From Candidatus Omnitrophota bacterium (GTDB lineage: Bacteria > Omnitrophota > Gorgyraeia > 2-02-FULL-51-18): DNA of 64,000 nt. The notes under the pieces are model-generated. The model saw only the letters and a list, made by a program, of their open reading frames with translations, was not told the origin of the DNA and did no database searches. Positions 25,701-35,398 of this stretch are shown in pieces. Numbering within the stretch: position 1 is the stretch's first letter; every line of letters starts with the position of its first letter. Made by a program: the position numbers and the translations under genes. The stretch spans positions 28,276-92,275 of the forward strand of contig JACPWF010000025.1 in assembly GCA_016197155.1 (NCBI GenBank), written 5' to 3'.

Positions 25701-26387
25701 TTAATCTTCCTCAGAGGTGAATTTGTAACCGATGTTCCTCACCGTTTCGATAAACGTGGAGGACTTGCCCTCGATCTTGGCCCGCAGGCGCCGGATGTGC
25801 ACGTCCACGGTGCGCGTCCCGCCGTAATATTCGTACCCCCACACTTTGTTCAGAAGCACCTCGCGCGTGAAAACCGTGCCGGGATGCCCGCATAAAAATT
25901 TGAGCAGTTCAAATTCGGTGAAGGTGAGATCGATCTTTTTATCCCCCACCCTCACCTCGTATTTGGCGATGTCGATGGTGATCCGGCCGCGCTGGATCAG
26001 ATTTTTCTGATCCACCTTGTGGATCCGCTTAAAGAGAAGCTGGACCCGCGCCAGCGCCTCGGCCAGGCGAAGCGGCCGGTACAGCACTTCCTGAATCCCC
26101 GACGGCAGATCGGCCGATTTCATCTCACTTTCGTCCATGAGGAGAATAATGGGCGTGTCCTCGATCTGCGGCTCTTTTTTCAGGCTGTAATAAAAATCCA
26201 TGCATTCGACATAACTGTTTTTGGGATTGAGGACGACCAGGTCCGGCTCCTTATCGGCCACAGTGTTCAGGGATAAGCCGTTCCGGGAAACGAGTTGCGC
26301 CGTGAAATGCGTCTCTTTTTTGAGCGCGTCCCTCAGCTCGAAGCCGTTTTTATTTTGATCCCCGATAATTAAAATACTGCCGACCAT
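25701..26387 (-). CDS. OmpR/PhoB-family DNA-binding response regulator with atypical receiver domain
   Basis: C-terminal winged helix (LTFTEFELLKFLCGHPGTVFTREVLLNKVWGYEYYGGTRTVDVHIRRLRAKI). In the receiver the phospho-acceptor Asp is Asn (DLVVLNPKN) and the conserved Lys is Arg (LYRP). Confidence 0.7.
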   Translation of the reverse strand: MVGSILIIGDQNKNGFELRDALKKETHFTAQLVSRNGLSLNTVADKEPDLVVLNPKNSYVECMDFYYSLKKEPQIEDTPIILLMDESEMKSADLPSGIQEVLYRPLRLAEALARVQLLFKRIHKVDQKNLIQRGRITIDIAKYEVRVGDKKIDLTFTEFELLKFLCGHPGTVFTREVLLNKVWGYEYYGGTRTVDVHIRRLRAKIEGKSSTFIETVRNIGYKFTSEED

Positions 26388-26388
26388 T

Positions 26389-27219
26389 TTATAACCCCAC
26401 GATTGTCATGTTTTCGCGATCGGCCTTTTCGATGAGTCTTTCCTTAAAAAGCATGATCGTCTTCCCGGCCTCGACGCCGAGCACCCGCGACGAGACGCCT
26501 TTGAGCGCGTCCAGCGTCGCCTCCCCGACACACGGCAGATCAAAGCGCAGGTCCTGATTGGGTTTTGAAACCTTCACGACGACGACCCCGCCCTGGCCCA
26601 GCTCGCCGCCGCGGCGGATGGTCTCATTGGTCCCTTCGAGCCCCTCGACGGCGAGCGCCACGCCGTGCTTGACCGCCACGGTTTGGCCGATGTCCATTTT
26701 GCCGATTCCCTTGGCCACTTTCCAGCCAAATCTCAAATCCCTCCACTCGCCCTCGGACGGTGCGCGGCGCGTCAAAACCCCCTTCGGGGCCAGCGTCTCC
26801 TTCAGAAAAAACCGCGAGTCCACCACCGACACGCCGCACTTGGCCTTCAAAAAAATCTGAAACGCCCTGAGCAAATGGTCGTCGCCCTTATTGGCCGCCC
26901 CGCCGATCAGGCCCCTGGCGGCCTCATCCATCCGCGTGCCGGGATTGTAAATTTCCTTTTTGGGGATGCCTCCCGCAAAGACGACCTCTCTCACCCGCGA
27001 AGCCTGAAGGAGCTCCACCAACCTCCCGAGCGATCCGAGCTCCACGTAATGGGCCTCGCGCACAAACCGGTCGAGACGCCTGTCCGTCAATCCTTCGACG
27101 CCAAAGGCGATCACGTCCCTTTTTAAGGAAAGGGCGGCCTGGGCGAATAAAAGGGGAAACTCACCCTGGCCCGCAATGAGCCCGATAACCTCCGAGGGAT
27201 TTGACCGGCGCCACCACAC
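26389..27219 (-). CDS. lpxI: UDP-2,3-diacylglucosamine diphosphatase LpxI (DUF1009 family)
   Basis: GVLTRRAPSEGEWRDLRFGWKVAKGIGKMDIGQTVAVKHGVALAVEGLEGTNETIRRGGELG...VVVKVSKPNQDLRFDLP closely matches Caulobacter LpxI. Located lpxA-adjacent as in alpha-proteobacteria. Confidence 0.8.
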   Translation of the reverse strand: MWWRRSNPSEVIGLIAGQGEFPLLFAQAALSLKRDVIAFGVEGLTDRRLDRFVREAHYVELGSLGRLVELLQASRVREVVFAGGIPKKEIYNPGTRMDEAARGLIGGAANKGDDHLLRAFQIFLKAKCGVSVVDSRFFLKETLAPKGVLTRRAPSEGEWRDLRFGWKVAKGIGKMDIGQTVAVKHGVALAVEGLEGTNETIRRGGELGQGGVVVVKVSKPNQDLRFDLPCVGEATLDALKGVSSRVLGVEAGKTIMLFKERLIEKADRENMTIVGL

Positions 27220-27222
27220 GCG

Positions 27223-28020
27223 TCACTCCTCCCCGGTCTCGACGGCGCCGGCGCGGCAGATGCCTCTCTTGGAATTTTCGATAAAAGAAAGAATGTGCCG
27301 GATATTTTCGTTGTCTTTAAACTCGGTTTGAACTTTTTTAACCGCCCTGGCAAGATTCGATTTCGAGGCAAACAGGGTTTTGAGCGCCTTTTTAATTTTA
27401 AAAATTTCCTCCGCCTTAAAACCGGCGCGTTTCAGGCCGATCGCGTTGACACCGTAGAAACTCGCCGGGTGGCCGTCACAAACCGAAAAGGGCGGGATGT
27501 CCATCACGGCCTTCGACAGGCCGCCGATCATCGCGAATTTTCCGATCCGGACGAACTGGTGAACGCCCACCAGGCCGCTGATCACCGCGTGGTCCTCCAC
27601 GGCCACGTGGCCGGCGAGCACCGTGTTGTTGGACATCGTGATCTCATTCCCCAAAACGCACTCGTGCGCCACGTGACAGCCGATCATGATAAAATTTTTG
27701 TTCCCGATCACCGTCGGCGCGTGCGGAGAATGGCCGCCGTTCACGGTGACATGCTCGCGGAAAATATTGTCGTCCCCGACGACCAGGACCGAACGCTCCT
27801 CTTTCATTTTTTTGTCCTGAGAGAGCGTCCCCAGGCACGCGCCGTGGCCAATCCGGCAGCGCGCGCCGATCCGCGTCGCGCCCTCGACCACGACGTGACC
27901 GCCGATCCGTGTCCCTTCGCCGATTTTCACCTCCGGGCCGATCACCGAATAAGGCCCGATCTCGACGCCGGGGGCGATTTCGGCCTTTTCCGATACGATC
28001 GCCGTCGGGTGAATGCTCAT
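27223..28020 (-). CDS. lpxA: acyl-ACP--UDP-N-acetylglucosamine O-acyltransferase
   Basis: Left-handed beta-helix hexapeptide repeats; MSIHPTAIVSEKAEIAPGVEIGPYSVIG. ATGA overlap with the lpxC/fabZ stop. Confidence 0.85.
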   Translation of the reverse strand: MSIHPTAIVSEKAEIAPGVEIGPYSVIGPEVKIGEGTRIGGHVVVEGATRIGARCRIGHGACLGTLSQDKKMKEERSVLVVGDDNIFREHVTVNGGHSPHAPTVIGNKNFIMIGCHVAHECVLGNEITMSNNTVLAGHVAVEDHAVISGLVGVHQFVRIGKFAMIGGLSKAVMDIPPFSVCDGHPASFYGVNAIGLKRAGFKAEEIFKIKKALKTLFASKSNLARAVKKVQTEFKDNENIRHILSFIENSKRGICRAGAVETGEE

Positions 28021-29309
28021 TCGCCGCCCATGCTGAACATGATTTCCGCGTCGCACACCTCTTCACCATTCACCTTGGCCACGCCTTTGATGAGGCCGAC
28101 GCGGGATTTCACTTTCAAAATCTCCACTTCCAGGCGAAGCGCGTCGCCGGGCCTCACCATCTTGCGGAAGCGGGCGCTGTTCACCGACACCAGATACGCC
28201 ATTTTTCCCCGGTTTTCCGGTTTGGAAAGAATGAGAACGCCGCCCGTTTGGGCCAGTGCTTCGATCATGAGCACCCCGGGCATGATGGGTTTCCCGGGAA
28301 AATGGCCTTTGAAATGGGGCTCGTCCGCGCGCACGTCTTTGACGCCCACGATGAAGTGGTCGTTCATCTCCAGGATCCGGTCCACCATCAGAAAAGGGTG
28401 CCGGTGCGGCAAAATTTTCATGATCGCTTCGGAATCCATCAACGCCGACTTCGGCCGGGAATGTGCCATCTGCAGTTCCTTTCTCTGTTTTTGGATCGCC
28501 TCAATCAGCGCCCGGTTCAGGGAATGGCCGCTTCGCAAACCCACCACGCGGCCCGCGACCGAAAACTCCAAAAGGTTCATGTCCCCCAAAATATCCAGCA
28601 CCTTGTGCCGCGCGCATTCGTCGGGAAAGCGAAGGGTATTTTGGACAACCCCCTTTTCGGAAATAACGAGCGTGTTCTCGTGCGTGGCGCCCAAACCAAA
28701 ACCCTGTTTTTGCAGGACGCGCGCCTCCTCGTCCGTGCAGAACGTGCGCGCCGGCGCGATCTGGGATTCAAACGTCTCGGGCGTCAGCGTGAAATCCACC
28801 TTCTGGTCCCGGAGAGAGGCCATGGGATAATCGAGCGTGTAGGCCACGCTGAATTCCCCGGCGGGATAGATCGCCAGGGCCTTGCCCGGTTCGTGACAAA
28901 AAATCGGCGATTGAATTTGAAAAGTCTCGCGCGTCTCGGCCTGCTCGACGATCCCCAGATTTTTTATCCATTTCACAAACGGCAGGGCGCTCCCGTCCAT
29001 GCCGGGAATCTCGGGCCCGTCCACCTCGATGCGCAGATTGGAAATTCCCAGACCAAAAAGCGCGGCCAGGAGATGCTCCACTGTTTTGATATTCAATTCT
29101 TCGGAGACAATGGAGGTACAGCGAAGGCTCTCTTCGGCCGGTGCGGCCGGTGCGCGGCCGTTCGTTTCGGAAGAACCGGGTACTTGAGAAAAACGGATCC
29201 CGTGTCCGGCGGGCGCGGGCCGAAGCGTCACCTTCACGCGCGCGCCGGTATGAAGACCGACGCCTTCGAGCGAGCCTTGGCGAATGATCGTTTTCTGCCG
29301 GCTAACCAT
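28017..29309 (-). CDS. lpxC/fabZ: bifunctional UDP-3-O-acyl-GlcNAc deacetylase / 3-hydroxyacyl-ACP dehydratase (LpxC-FabZ fusion)
   Basis: N-terminal LpxC (GVGLHTGARVKVTLRPA..., HKVLDILGD). C-terminal FabZ hot-dog (ILPHRHPFLMVDRILE..., GHFPGKPIMPGVLMIEALAQ); 430 aa. Confidence 0.85.
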   Translation of the reverse strand: MVSRQKTIIRQGSLEGVGLHTGARVKVTLRPAPAGHGIRFSQVPGSSETNGRAPAAPAEESLRCTSIVSEELNIKTVEHLLAALFGLGISNLRIEVDGPEIPGMDGSALPFVKWIKNLGIVEQAETRETFQIQSPIFCHEPGKALAIYPAGEFSVAYTLDYPMASLRDQKVDFTLTPETFESQIAPARTFCTDEEARVLQKQGFGLGATHENTLVISEKGVVQNTLRFPDECARHKVLDILGDMNLLEFSVAGRVVGLRSGHSLNRALIEAIQKQRKELQMAHSRPKSALMDSEAIMKILPHRHPFLMVDRILEMNDHFIVGVKDVRADEPHFKGHFPGKPIMPGVLMIEALAQTGGVLILSKPENRGKMAYLVSVNSARFRKMVRPGDALRLEVEILKVKSRVGLIKGVAKVNGEEVCDAEIMFSMGGE

Positions 29310-30375
29310 TTTCTTTTAATGGAACCGGCGATTTTTTCTTTAAATCCAAAATTTCCTTGAAGAGCTCGGGAAGCCGCGCGGTCGCCGCGAGAATTCTTTT
29401 TTGCTCGGATATCGGGCGCGCGGGTTCGCCGAGGAGCACGCTGTTGTCCGGAGCGGATTTGGTGACGCCGCTCCGCGCGCCCACGACCACCCGGTCGCCG
29501 AGCGTGATGTGCCCGACCAGCCCCGCCTGTCCGGCGATCACGACATTTTTCCCGAGTTGGGTCGAACCCGAGATCCCCGCCTGCGAGACGATGAGCGCAT
29601 TTTCCCCCACGACCACGTTGTGCGCGATCTGCACGAGATTGTCGATTTTTGAGCCTTTTTTGATCCAGGTTTTTTGGAAACGGCCGCGGTCCACGCACGT
29701 GTTGGCGCCGATCTCGACGTCATCTTCGATCACGACGGAACCGATCTGCGGGATCTTCACGTGCTCGTCCCCGACCGTCTCGTAGCCAAAACCGTCACTG
29801 CCGATCACGACCCCGCTGTGAAGGATCACGTTGTCGCCGATCAGGGTTTCCTCGCGGATGGACACCTGAGGATAGATGGTCGCGTTCCGGCCGATGCGGG
29901 TGTTGCGTCCGATATAAACCTGCGTGCCGATCGATCCCCCGTCGCCGATTTCAACCCCCTCTTCGATCACCGCGTGCGGGCCGACGGCGACGCCTTTTCC
30001 CAATTTTACGCCCTTTTCAATGACGGCCGTGCGGTGGACCCCCTTGGCCTTCGCCGATTTCCCCGAGGAGGCAAAAAAATCGACCACTTGGGTGAAAGCC
30101 CGTGAAGGGTTTTGCGTGCGGATAAGCGGTTTTTGTGAAGAGTGGATATCGCGGGAAGTAATGACCGCCGCGGCGCGGGTCTGGTCTAAAAATGGCAGGT
30201 ACTTCGAATTGGATAGAAACGTGACTTCGTTTTCTTGGGCTTCTTTTATTCCCGCGACACCGGTGACGACGAGCCCGGGATCGCCGATGAGCTCTCCCCC
30301 TACAAGTTTCGCGATGTCTTGTAGCTTTAGGCTTTTCCGGTCTCCCCTATTTTTTCTTTGCGGTGTAGGAGTCAT
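29302..30375 (-). CDS. lpxD: UDP-3-O-(3-hydroxyacyl)glucosamine N-acyltransferase
   Basis: N-terminal LpxD domain (LQDIAKLVGGELIGD) followed by long hexapeptide-repeat beta-helix. Start codon uncertain (ORF start overlaps skp by 29 nt). Confidence 0.85.
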   Translation of the reverse strand: MTPTPQRKNRGDRKSLKLQDIAKLVGGELIGDPGLVVTGVAGIKEAQENEVTFLSNSKYLPFLDQTRAAAVITSRDIHSSQKPLIRTQNPSRAFTQVVDFFASSGKSAKAKGVHRTAVIEKGVKLGKGVAVGPHAVIEEGVEIGDGGSIGTQVYIGRNTRIGRNATIYPQVSIREETLIGDNVILHSGVVIGSDGFGYETVGDEHVKIPQIGSVVIEDDVEIGANTCVDRGRFQKTWIKKGSKIDNLVQIAHNVVVGENALIVSQAGISGSTQLGKNVVIAGQAGLVGHITLGDRVVVGARSGVTKSAPDNSVLLGEPARPISEQKRILAATARLPELFKEILDLKKKSPVPLKENG

Positions 30376-30874
30376 TCAAAACCTTGATCACCTGCGGCGT
30401 CAGGTCGTTCCCTTCGCTCTTGTAAACCAGCACGCGGTCGTTGAAAATAAATGAATAACCCTGGGATTTGCCGAAGCCGTCTATCACGGTCTCGATCTCT
30501 TTCAAAATGTCCCGGACGATCCCGTCTCTCTCTTTCCGGAGCGCGTCGCGTGTGGCGCGGTCAAACTCCTGAAGTGATTTGATCCTCTCGTCGATGACCG
30601 CCTGTTTTTCGTCCTTGGCCTTCGCGGATAGAAGCTCGGCCTCGTCGCGCAGTTTTTTGATCTCGCTCACCATCTTGTCCCGATCGCCCTGCTTCGCCGT
30701 CCCTTTCGCTTCGAGTGACTTGTCGAAATCTTTCGTTTTCAGGTATTCGTCGAAAACCCTCGCCAGGTCCACGTAACCGATCTTGAGTTCCTGAGCGAAA
30801 GCGGACGGGACCTGCGACAGGCCCATCGCGGCGAAGACAAACACGGCCGAGGCGAATGACACGATCTTTTTCAT
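30347..30874 (-). CDS. skp: periplasmic chaperone Skp/OmpH
   Basis: Signal peptide, coiled-coil K/E-rich 175-aa protein in canonical position between bamA and lpxD. Confidence 0.75.
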   Translation of the reverse strand: MKKIVSFASAVFVFAAMGLSQVPSAFAQELKIGYVDLARVFDEYLKTKDFDKSLEAKGTAKQGDRDKMVSEIKKLRDEAELLSAKAKDEKQAVIDERIKSLQEFDRATRDALRKERDGIVRDILKEIETVIDGFGKSQGYSFIFNDRVLVYKSEGNDLTPQVIKVLNDSYTAKKK

Positions 30875-30890
30875 TTCTAATGCTCCTTTT

Positions 30891-33200
30891 TTAAAATCCC
30901 TGACTGATATTAAAATAAAATCTCAATTTTTTCTTGTCGTTCTCCACGTCATCGAGCGGGTAACCCGCGTCGAGCCGAACGGGGCCGATCGGAGTCTTGA
31001 TCAGCACCCCCATGCCGATCCCCGAGACCACGCCGCCCGATCCAAAATTCTGGACTTGATCAAACACGTTGCCCGTGTCAAAAAACACCGCGCCCTTGAT
31101 CAGATCCGGATAGATCGGAAAACTTTCTTCGACGTTGGCGATCCAGTATCCCTCGCCGCCGGTGGGCTCGAGATTCCCGGTGTCGCGCGGACCCACGCGG
31201 CGCTCGCGGTAGCCGCGGATCGTGTTGGCGCCGCCCGCGTAAAACCGCTCGTAGATCGGCACGCGCGGAGAGCCTGAAATTTCATCAACGATGCCCCCAC
31301 GGAGTTTGAGCTCCAGAACCATGTCCCAGAAATTTTCAAAGTACGTGCTGCCAATGCCGGAGAGACGGTAAAAATCCTTGTCACCGGCAAGCGGTCCCCC
31401 GGCCAATTCCGCCGTGCCGGAAAGGAGGTACCCGGTGGTTGGGTTGTACACATTGTCCCGCTGGTCGTGGCTGAGCGTCAGCGCGAGGCTGGACGTGGTG
31501 TTTTTTCCCTCTTCATCCTTCAGGGCCTGCGAGGCGCTGGTGGGGATGTCGGAAATTTTCACCTGCTCGAGCTTGTACACCGCCAGTCCCTTGTCATACT
31601 CGCTAAACTCTTTTCCCAGCCGGATATCACCGCCGGTTTTCTGCTGGTCAAAGAAATAACCCGCGGTCCCGGAACGGTTAAATTCCTTTCGGTAAAGGTC
31701 AAAGCCCAGAGAATAGGGGTGGCCAAACGCCCACGGCTCGGTGAAACTGAGCTCCGCGTTCTGCCGGACACTGCCGAGCTCAAACCGCAGGCCAAAATCC
31801 TGCCCCGCGCCGGTGAATGTCTTCCAATTCTGCCAGTCAAAGTTTTTCTGCCGGATCTGCGCGAATCCCACCACCGCGTCCACCGAGCTGTACCCGCCGC
31901 CGAAGCTGAACTCGCCGGTCTTGGCCTCTTTGACCGATACGAGGAGGTCACGCGCGTTCGGCAGGGGACCCGGTTCGGTGTCAAAACGCACGTCGTCAAA
32001 AAATCCCAGATTGTAAAGGCGTTCCTTGGAGCGCTTGAGCTTGGCGCCGCTGAAGGATTCGCCCGGATAGGCGCGTAGTTCGCGGCGGATCACGATGTCC
32101 TTGGTTTTGGTGTTGCCCTGGATCTTCACCTTTCCGACGTAGGTGAGCTCGTTCTCCACAATCGTGTAGGTCAGATCCACGCGGTCGGTGGTTTCGTTGT
32201 AGACGGATTCGGAACGGATCTGCGAGGACAGATACCCTTTCTCGAAATAAAGGTCCTGAATATTCCCCACGTCTATCCGGAGTCCCCGGCGGGAAAAGGG
32301 TTTTTGGCTGGTCATCTTGACGGCCTTTAAAATGTCCGCCGAAGAAAGGATGGCGTTTCCCTTTAATTCAATGCCGCCGACGATGTATTTTTTTCCTTCC
32401 TTCACGATGACTTTCAAAATAATGTCGCCGCTGCCTTTGACCGGTTCGGTCTCGGTGGTCACCTCCACGTCGCTGTAGCCGGCCTCGTCGTAAAGCGCTT
32501 TCACGCGCTCAACGTCCTCGAGGAGGTCATCTTCCTTTAAGTAACCGGAATGGAAAAACCCCCACCAGGAAAGCATCTTGGTTTTCATCACTTTCCGGAT
32601 CTGGCCCGAGTCGATCGCGTGATTGCCCTCGACGCGGATGTCGCGGATGCGGACATTGACTCCCTCGTCCACGAGTACCTTCAAAACCGCCTGGTTGGTG
32701 TCGGGATTCACCTCGAGCGCGCTGTCGACGCGCGCGCCCGAAAAACCCTTCTTTTCGTAAAGCGCCCGCACGGCCTCGAGGTCGTCGTGGACCCTTTTCT
32801 GGTCCACAAAATCGCCGATCACCGACTGCATTTCCTTTTTGATCTGCTCTTTGTTCAGCTTGTGATTGCCTTCGATGGCGATTTTGGAGAGAACGGGTTT
32901 TTCGACGACGAGGAAAACGACCTTCACCCCGCCCTCAAAATCCTCCTGCTCGATGCGCACGTCCGTGAAAAATCCCAGGCCATAAAGCCGCTTCAGATCT
33001 TCATTGAGCACGGTCGAAGACAGGGGCTGGCCGATCTGGGTTTTGACCTTCGCGAGAACCGTGAGCGAGGAGACGGTTTTATTGCCTCTCACGTCGACGG
33101 CCTTGACAACCTTGGCGGCGTCTTCGGCGCGGAGGAAGGACGGAAAAGAGAAATAAAAGCCCAAAAGAAGGACGGATAAAAAAAGAATTTTGCGGGTCAT
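30891..33200 (-). CDS. bamA: outer membrane protein assembly factor BamA
   Basis: 769 aa: signal peptide, repeated POTRA domains, C-terminal Omp85 barrel ending ...YFNISQGF. Confidence 0.85.
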   Translation of the reverse strand: MTRKILFLSVLLLGFYFSFPSFLRAEDAAKVVKAVDVRGNKTVSSLTVLAKVKTQIGQPLSSTVLNEDLKRLYGLGFFTDVRIEQEDFEGGVKVVFLVVEKPVLSKIAIEGNHKLNKEQIKKEMQSVIGDFVDQKRVHDDLEAVRALYEKKGFSGARVDSALEVNPDTNQAVLKVLVDEGVNVRIRDIRVEGNHAIDSGQIRKVMKTKMLSWWGFFHSGYLKEDDLLEDVERVKALYDEAGYSDVEVTTETEPVKGSGDIILKVIVKEGKKYIVGGIELKGNAILSSADILKAVKMTSQKPFSRRGLRIDVGNIQDLYFEKGYLSSQIRSESVYNETTDRVDLTYTIVENELTYVGKVKIQGNTKTKDIVIRRELRAYPGESFSGAKLKRSKERLYNLGFFDDVRFDTEPGPLPNARDLLVSVKEAKTGEFSFGGGYSSVDAVVGFAQIRQKNFDWQNWKTFTGAGQDFGLRFELGSVRQNAELSFTEPWAFGHPYSLGFDLYRKEFNRSGTAGYFFDQQKTGGDIRLGKEFSEYDKGLAVYKLEQVKISDIPTSASQALKDEEGKNTTSSLALTLSHDQRDNVYNPTTGYLLSGTAELAGGPLAGDKDFYRLSGIGSTYFENFWDMVLELKLRGGIVDEISGSPRVPIYERFYAGGANTIRGYRERRVGPRDTGNLEPTGGEGYWIANVEESFPIYPDLIKGAVFFDTGNVFDQVQNFGSGGVVSGIGMGVLIKTPIGPVRLDAGYPLDDVENDKKKLRFYFNISQGF

Positions 33201-33248
33201 GATGAAGGTTTACTTTAACACAGCCGGTTTAATTAATAAATTAAAATT

Positions 33249-34613
33249 CTACGCCATTTCCTCGCGGCGGACCAGTTCCATATTCTCAAAACGCGTGTAT
33301 TCGTGAATGAAGGTCAGTTTCAAATTCCCGACCGGGCCGTTTCGCTGTTTGGCGATCATGATGTCGGCCTTCCCGCGGTTTTCCTCGCTGGGGTTGTAAT
33401 ATTCCTCTCGCAAAAGCAAAACCACCACGTCCGCGTCCTGTTCAATCGCGCCCGATTCGCGAAGATCCGAAAGCTGGGGCCGGTGATCCACGCGCGACTC
33501 GACCGCGCGCGACAGCTGGCTCACCGCGATGACGGGAATGTTCAGCTCGCGCGCCAGTTCCTTAAGCGACCGGGAAATTTCGGAAATTTCCTGCTGGCGG
33601 CTTTCACTGCCGGCACTGCCCTGCATGAGCTGAAGATAATCCAGGATCAAAAGTTTGATGTCAAACTGGGATTTGAGGCGCCGCGCCTTGGCCTTGAGCT
33701 CGAGGACGCTGATGCCCGGCGTGTCGTCGATGTAGATCGGCGCCTCCGAAAGTTTGGCCGCGGCACTGGTCAGATTCGGCCAATCCGACTGCGCGAGAAA
33801 TCCGGTCCGGACTTTATGCGCGTTCACCCGCGCGCGCGAGCAAAGCATTCTTTGAATGAGCTGTTCTTTTGACATTTCGAGGCTGAAAATCGCCACGGGA
33901 ATTTTGAGCGTCACGCCGGCGTGTTCGGCCACACAGGTGACGAAGGCGCTCTTCCCCATCGACGGGCGAGCGGCCACGACGATGAGGTCCGAGGCCTGGA
34001 GGCCCGCGGTCTGCGTGTCAAATTCGTGAAAACCCGTCGCGATGCCGGTGATGTGTTCCTTGCGCTGGTAAAGCCGGTCGATCACCTCGATCTGGTTGCG
34101 CACGATGTCTTTCAGGGGAACGACGCCGCCCGTGAATTTTTGATTGGAGATGTCAAAGATGAGTTTTTCCGCGCGGTCCAAAAGCGTGTCCACGTCATGC
34201 GAGGCGTCGTAGCTGTCGGTCACGATCTGCGTGGCGTGGCTGATGAGGTGGCGCAGGATGTATTTTTCTTTGACGATCTTCGCGTAATGCGTGATGTTGG
34301 CGGCCGTGGGCACGACCGTGGTCAGGTACGCCAGATAATCCGCGCCGCCCACTTCCTCGAGGCCGCCTTCCTTTAGGAGGACGTCGGTGAGGGTCACCAG
34401 GTCCACGGCTTTATTTTCGTTGAAAAGATGGATGATGCCCTGAAAGATTTTTCGGTGGGCGTCTTTGTAAAACGACTCGGGGCTTAAAAGCTCGATGGCC
34501 TGCGGGACTGCGTCTTCCTCGATCAACACCGATCCGAGGACCGCGGTCTCGGCGTCGAGACTCTGCGGGGGAAGTTTTTCTTTCTGAAGAAACGCTTCGA
34601 GATTTCTCATCAC
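33249..34613 (-). CDS. dnaB: replicative DNA helicase
   Basis: DnaB N-terminal domain plus RecA-like core, Walker A GARPSMGKSAF, LILDYLQLM; 454 aa. Confidence 0.9.
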   Translation of the reverse strand: MMRNLEAFLQKEKLPPQSLDAETAVLGSVLIEEDAVPQAIELLSPESFYKDAHRKIFQGIIHLFNENKAVDLVTLTDVLLKEGGLEEVGGADYLAYLTTVVPTAANITHYAKIVKEKYILRHLISHATQIVTDSYDASHDVDTLLDRAEKLIFDISNQKFTGGVVPLKDIVRNQIEVIDRLYQRKEHITGIATGFHEFDTQTAGLQASDLIVVAARPSMGKSAFVTCVAEHAGVTLKIPVAIFSLEMSKEQLIQRMLCSRARVNAHKVRTGFLAQSDWPNLTSAAAKLSEAPIYIDDTPGISVLELKAKARRLKSQFDIKLLILDYLQLMQGSAGSESRQQEISEISRSLKELARELNIPVIAVSQLSRAVESRVDHRPQLSDLRESGAIEQDADVVVLLLREEYYNPSEENRGKADIMIAKQRNGPVGNLKLTFIHEYTRFENMELVRREEMA

Positions 34614-34614
34614 T

Positions 34615-35070
34615 CTAATTTTTTTTCTTCACCACTGACAATTTCAATACGGCGCTCACCTCGGGGTAGAGTTTCACCGATACAGTGTGCATCCCCAGTT
34701 TCCGGATCGGCTCTTCGAGCTGGATCGATTTCTTGTCTATTTTAATCCCTTGAGCGGCCAATTGTTGAGCGATTTCTTGGGTGGTCACCGCTCCGAAAAG
34801 TTTATCTCCCTCGCCGGCGAGCACCTCCACGCTGAGCGGATTTTTTTCCAGTTTCTCCGCGACGGCGCGGGCCTCGGCGATTTCCGCGGCCTCGCGTTTT
34901 TGGCGGCGGCTTTTTTCTTCGTTAAAACGTTTTAAATTGGAAGGGGTCGCCGGCACCGCTTTCCCGCGCGGCACGAGGTAATTCCGCGCGTGACCGTCGG
35001 CGACTTTGATCAACTCTCCGCGGCGGCCGAGTTTCGGATCGTCCTGAGTCAGAATAACCTCAATATCCAC
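34615..35070 (-). CDS. rplI: 50S ribosomal protein L9
   Basis: MDIEVILTQDDPKLGRRGELIKVADGHARNYLVPRGKA...; 151 aa. Confidence 0.9.
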   Translation of the reverse strand: MDIEVILTQDDPKLGRRGELIKVADGHARNYLVPRGKAVPATPSNLKRFNEEKSRRQKREAAEIAEARAVAEKLEKNPLSVEVLAGEGDKLFGAVTTQEIAQQLAAQGIKIDKKSIQLEEPIRKLGMHTVSVKLYPEVSAVLKLSVVKKKN

Positions 35071-35100
35071 TATCTACCATCCACGATCCACCATCCGTTC

Positions 35101-35364
35101 TTATTCCGCGACGTACGGCAAAAGGGCCAGGTGCCGCGCGCGCTTGATCTGGCGCGTCAGGTACCGCTGGGCCTTGGCGCCGGCGCCGGAGATGCGGCTG
35201 GGGATGATCTTCCCTCTTTCCGTGACGAAGTAGCGCAGGCGGCTGATGTCCTTGTAATCGATGGTGGCGATCTCTTCGGGTTTGAATTTGCAGACTTTTT
35301 TCTTGATGAATTTCTTTTTCTTCAGGTCGTCTTTCTTTTTTTTCATTCTCTTTTTTTCGAACAC
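35101..35364 (-). CDS. rpsR: 30S ribosomal protein S18 with lysine-rich N-terminal extension
   Basis: Core [50 protein letters not shown]. Preceded by [23 protein letters not shown]. Confidence 0.85.
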   Translation of the reverse strand: MFEKKRMKKKKDDLKKKKFIKKKVCKFKPEEIATIDYKDISRLRYFVTERGKIIPSRISGAGAKAQRYLTRQIKRARHLALLPYVAE

Positions 35365-35398
35365 GGATCTCTCCTTGGATTAATCAATCATTAAAAAA

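Noticed and set aside
27295-29360. Two long plus-strand ORFs (511 and 483 aa) across the lpxA/lpxC-fabZ region
   Set aside because: Antisense to well-supported lpx genes; arginine-rich low-complexity translations; high-GC artefacts.
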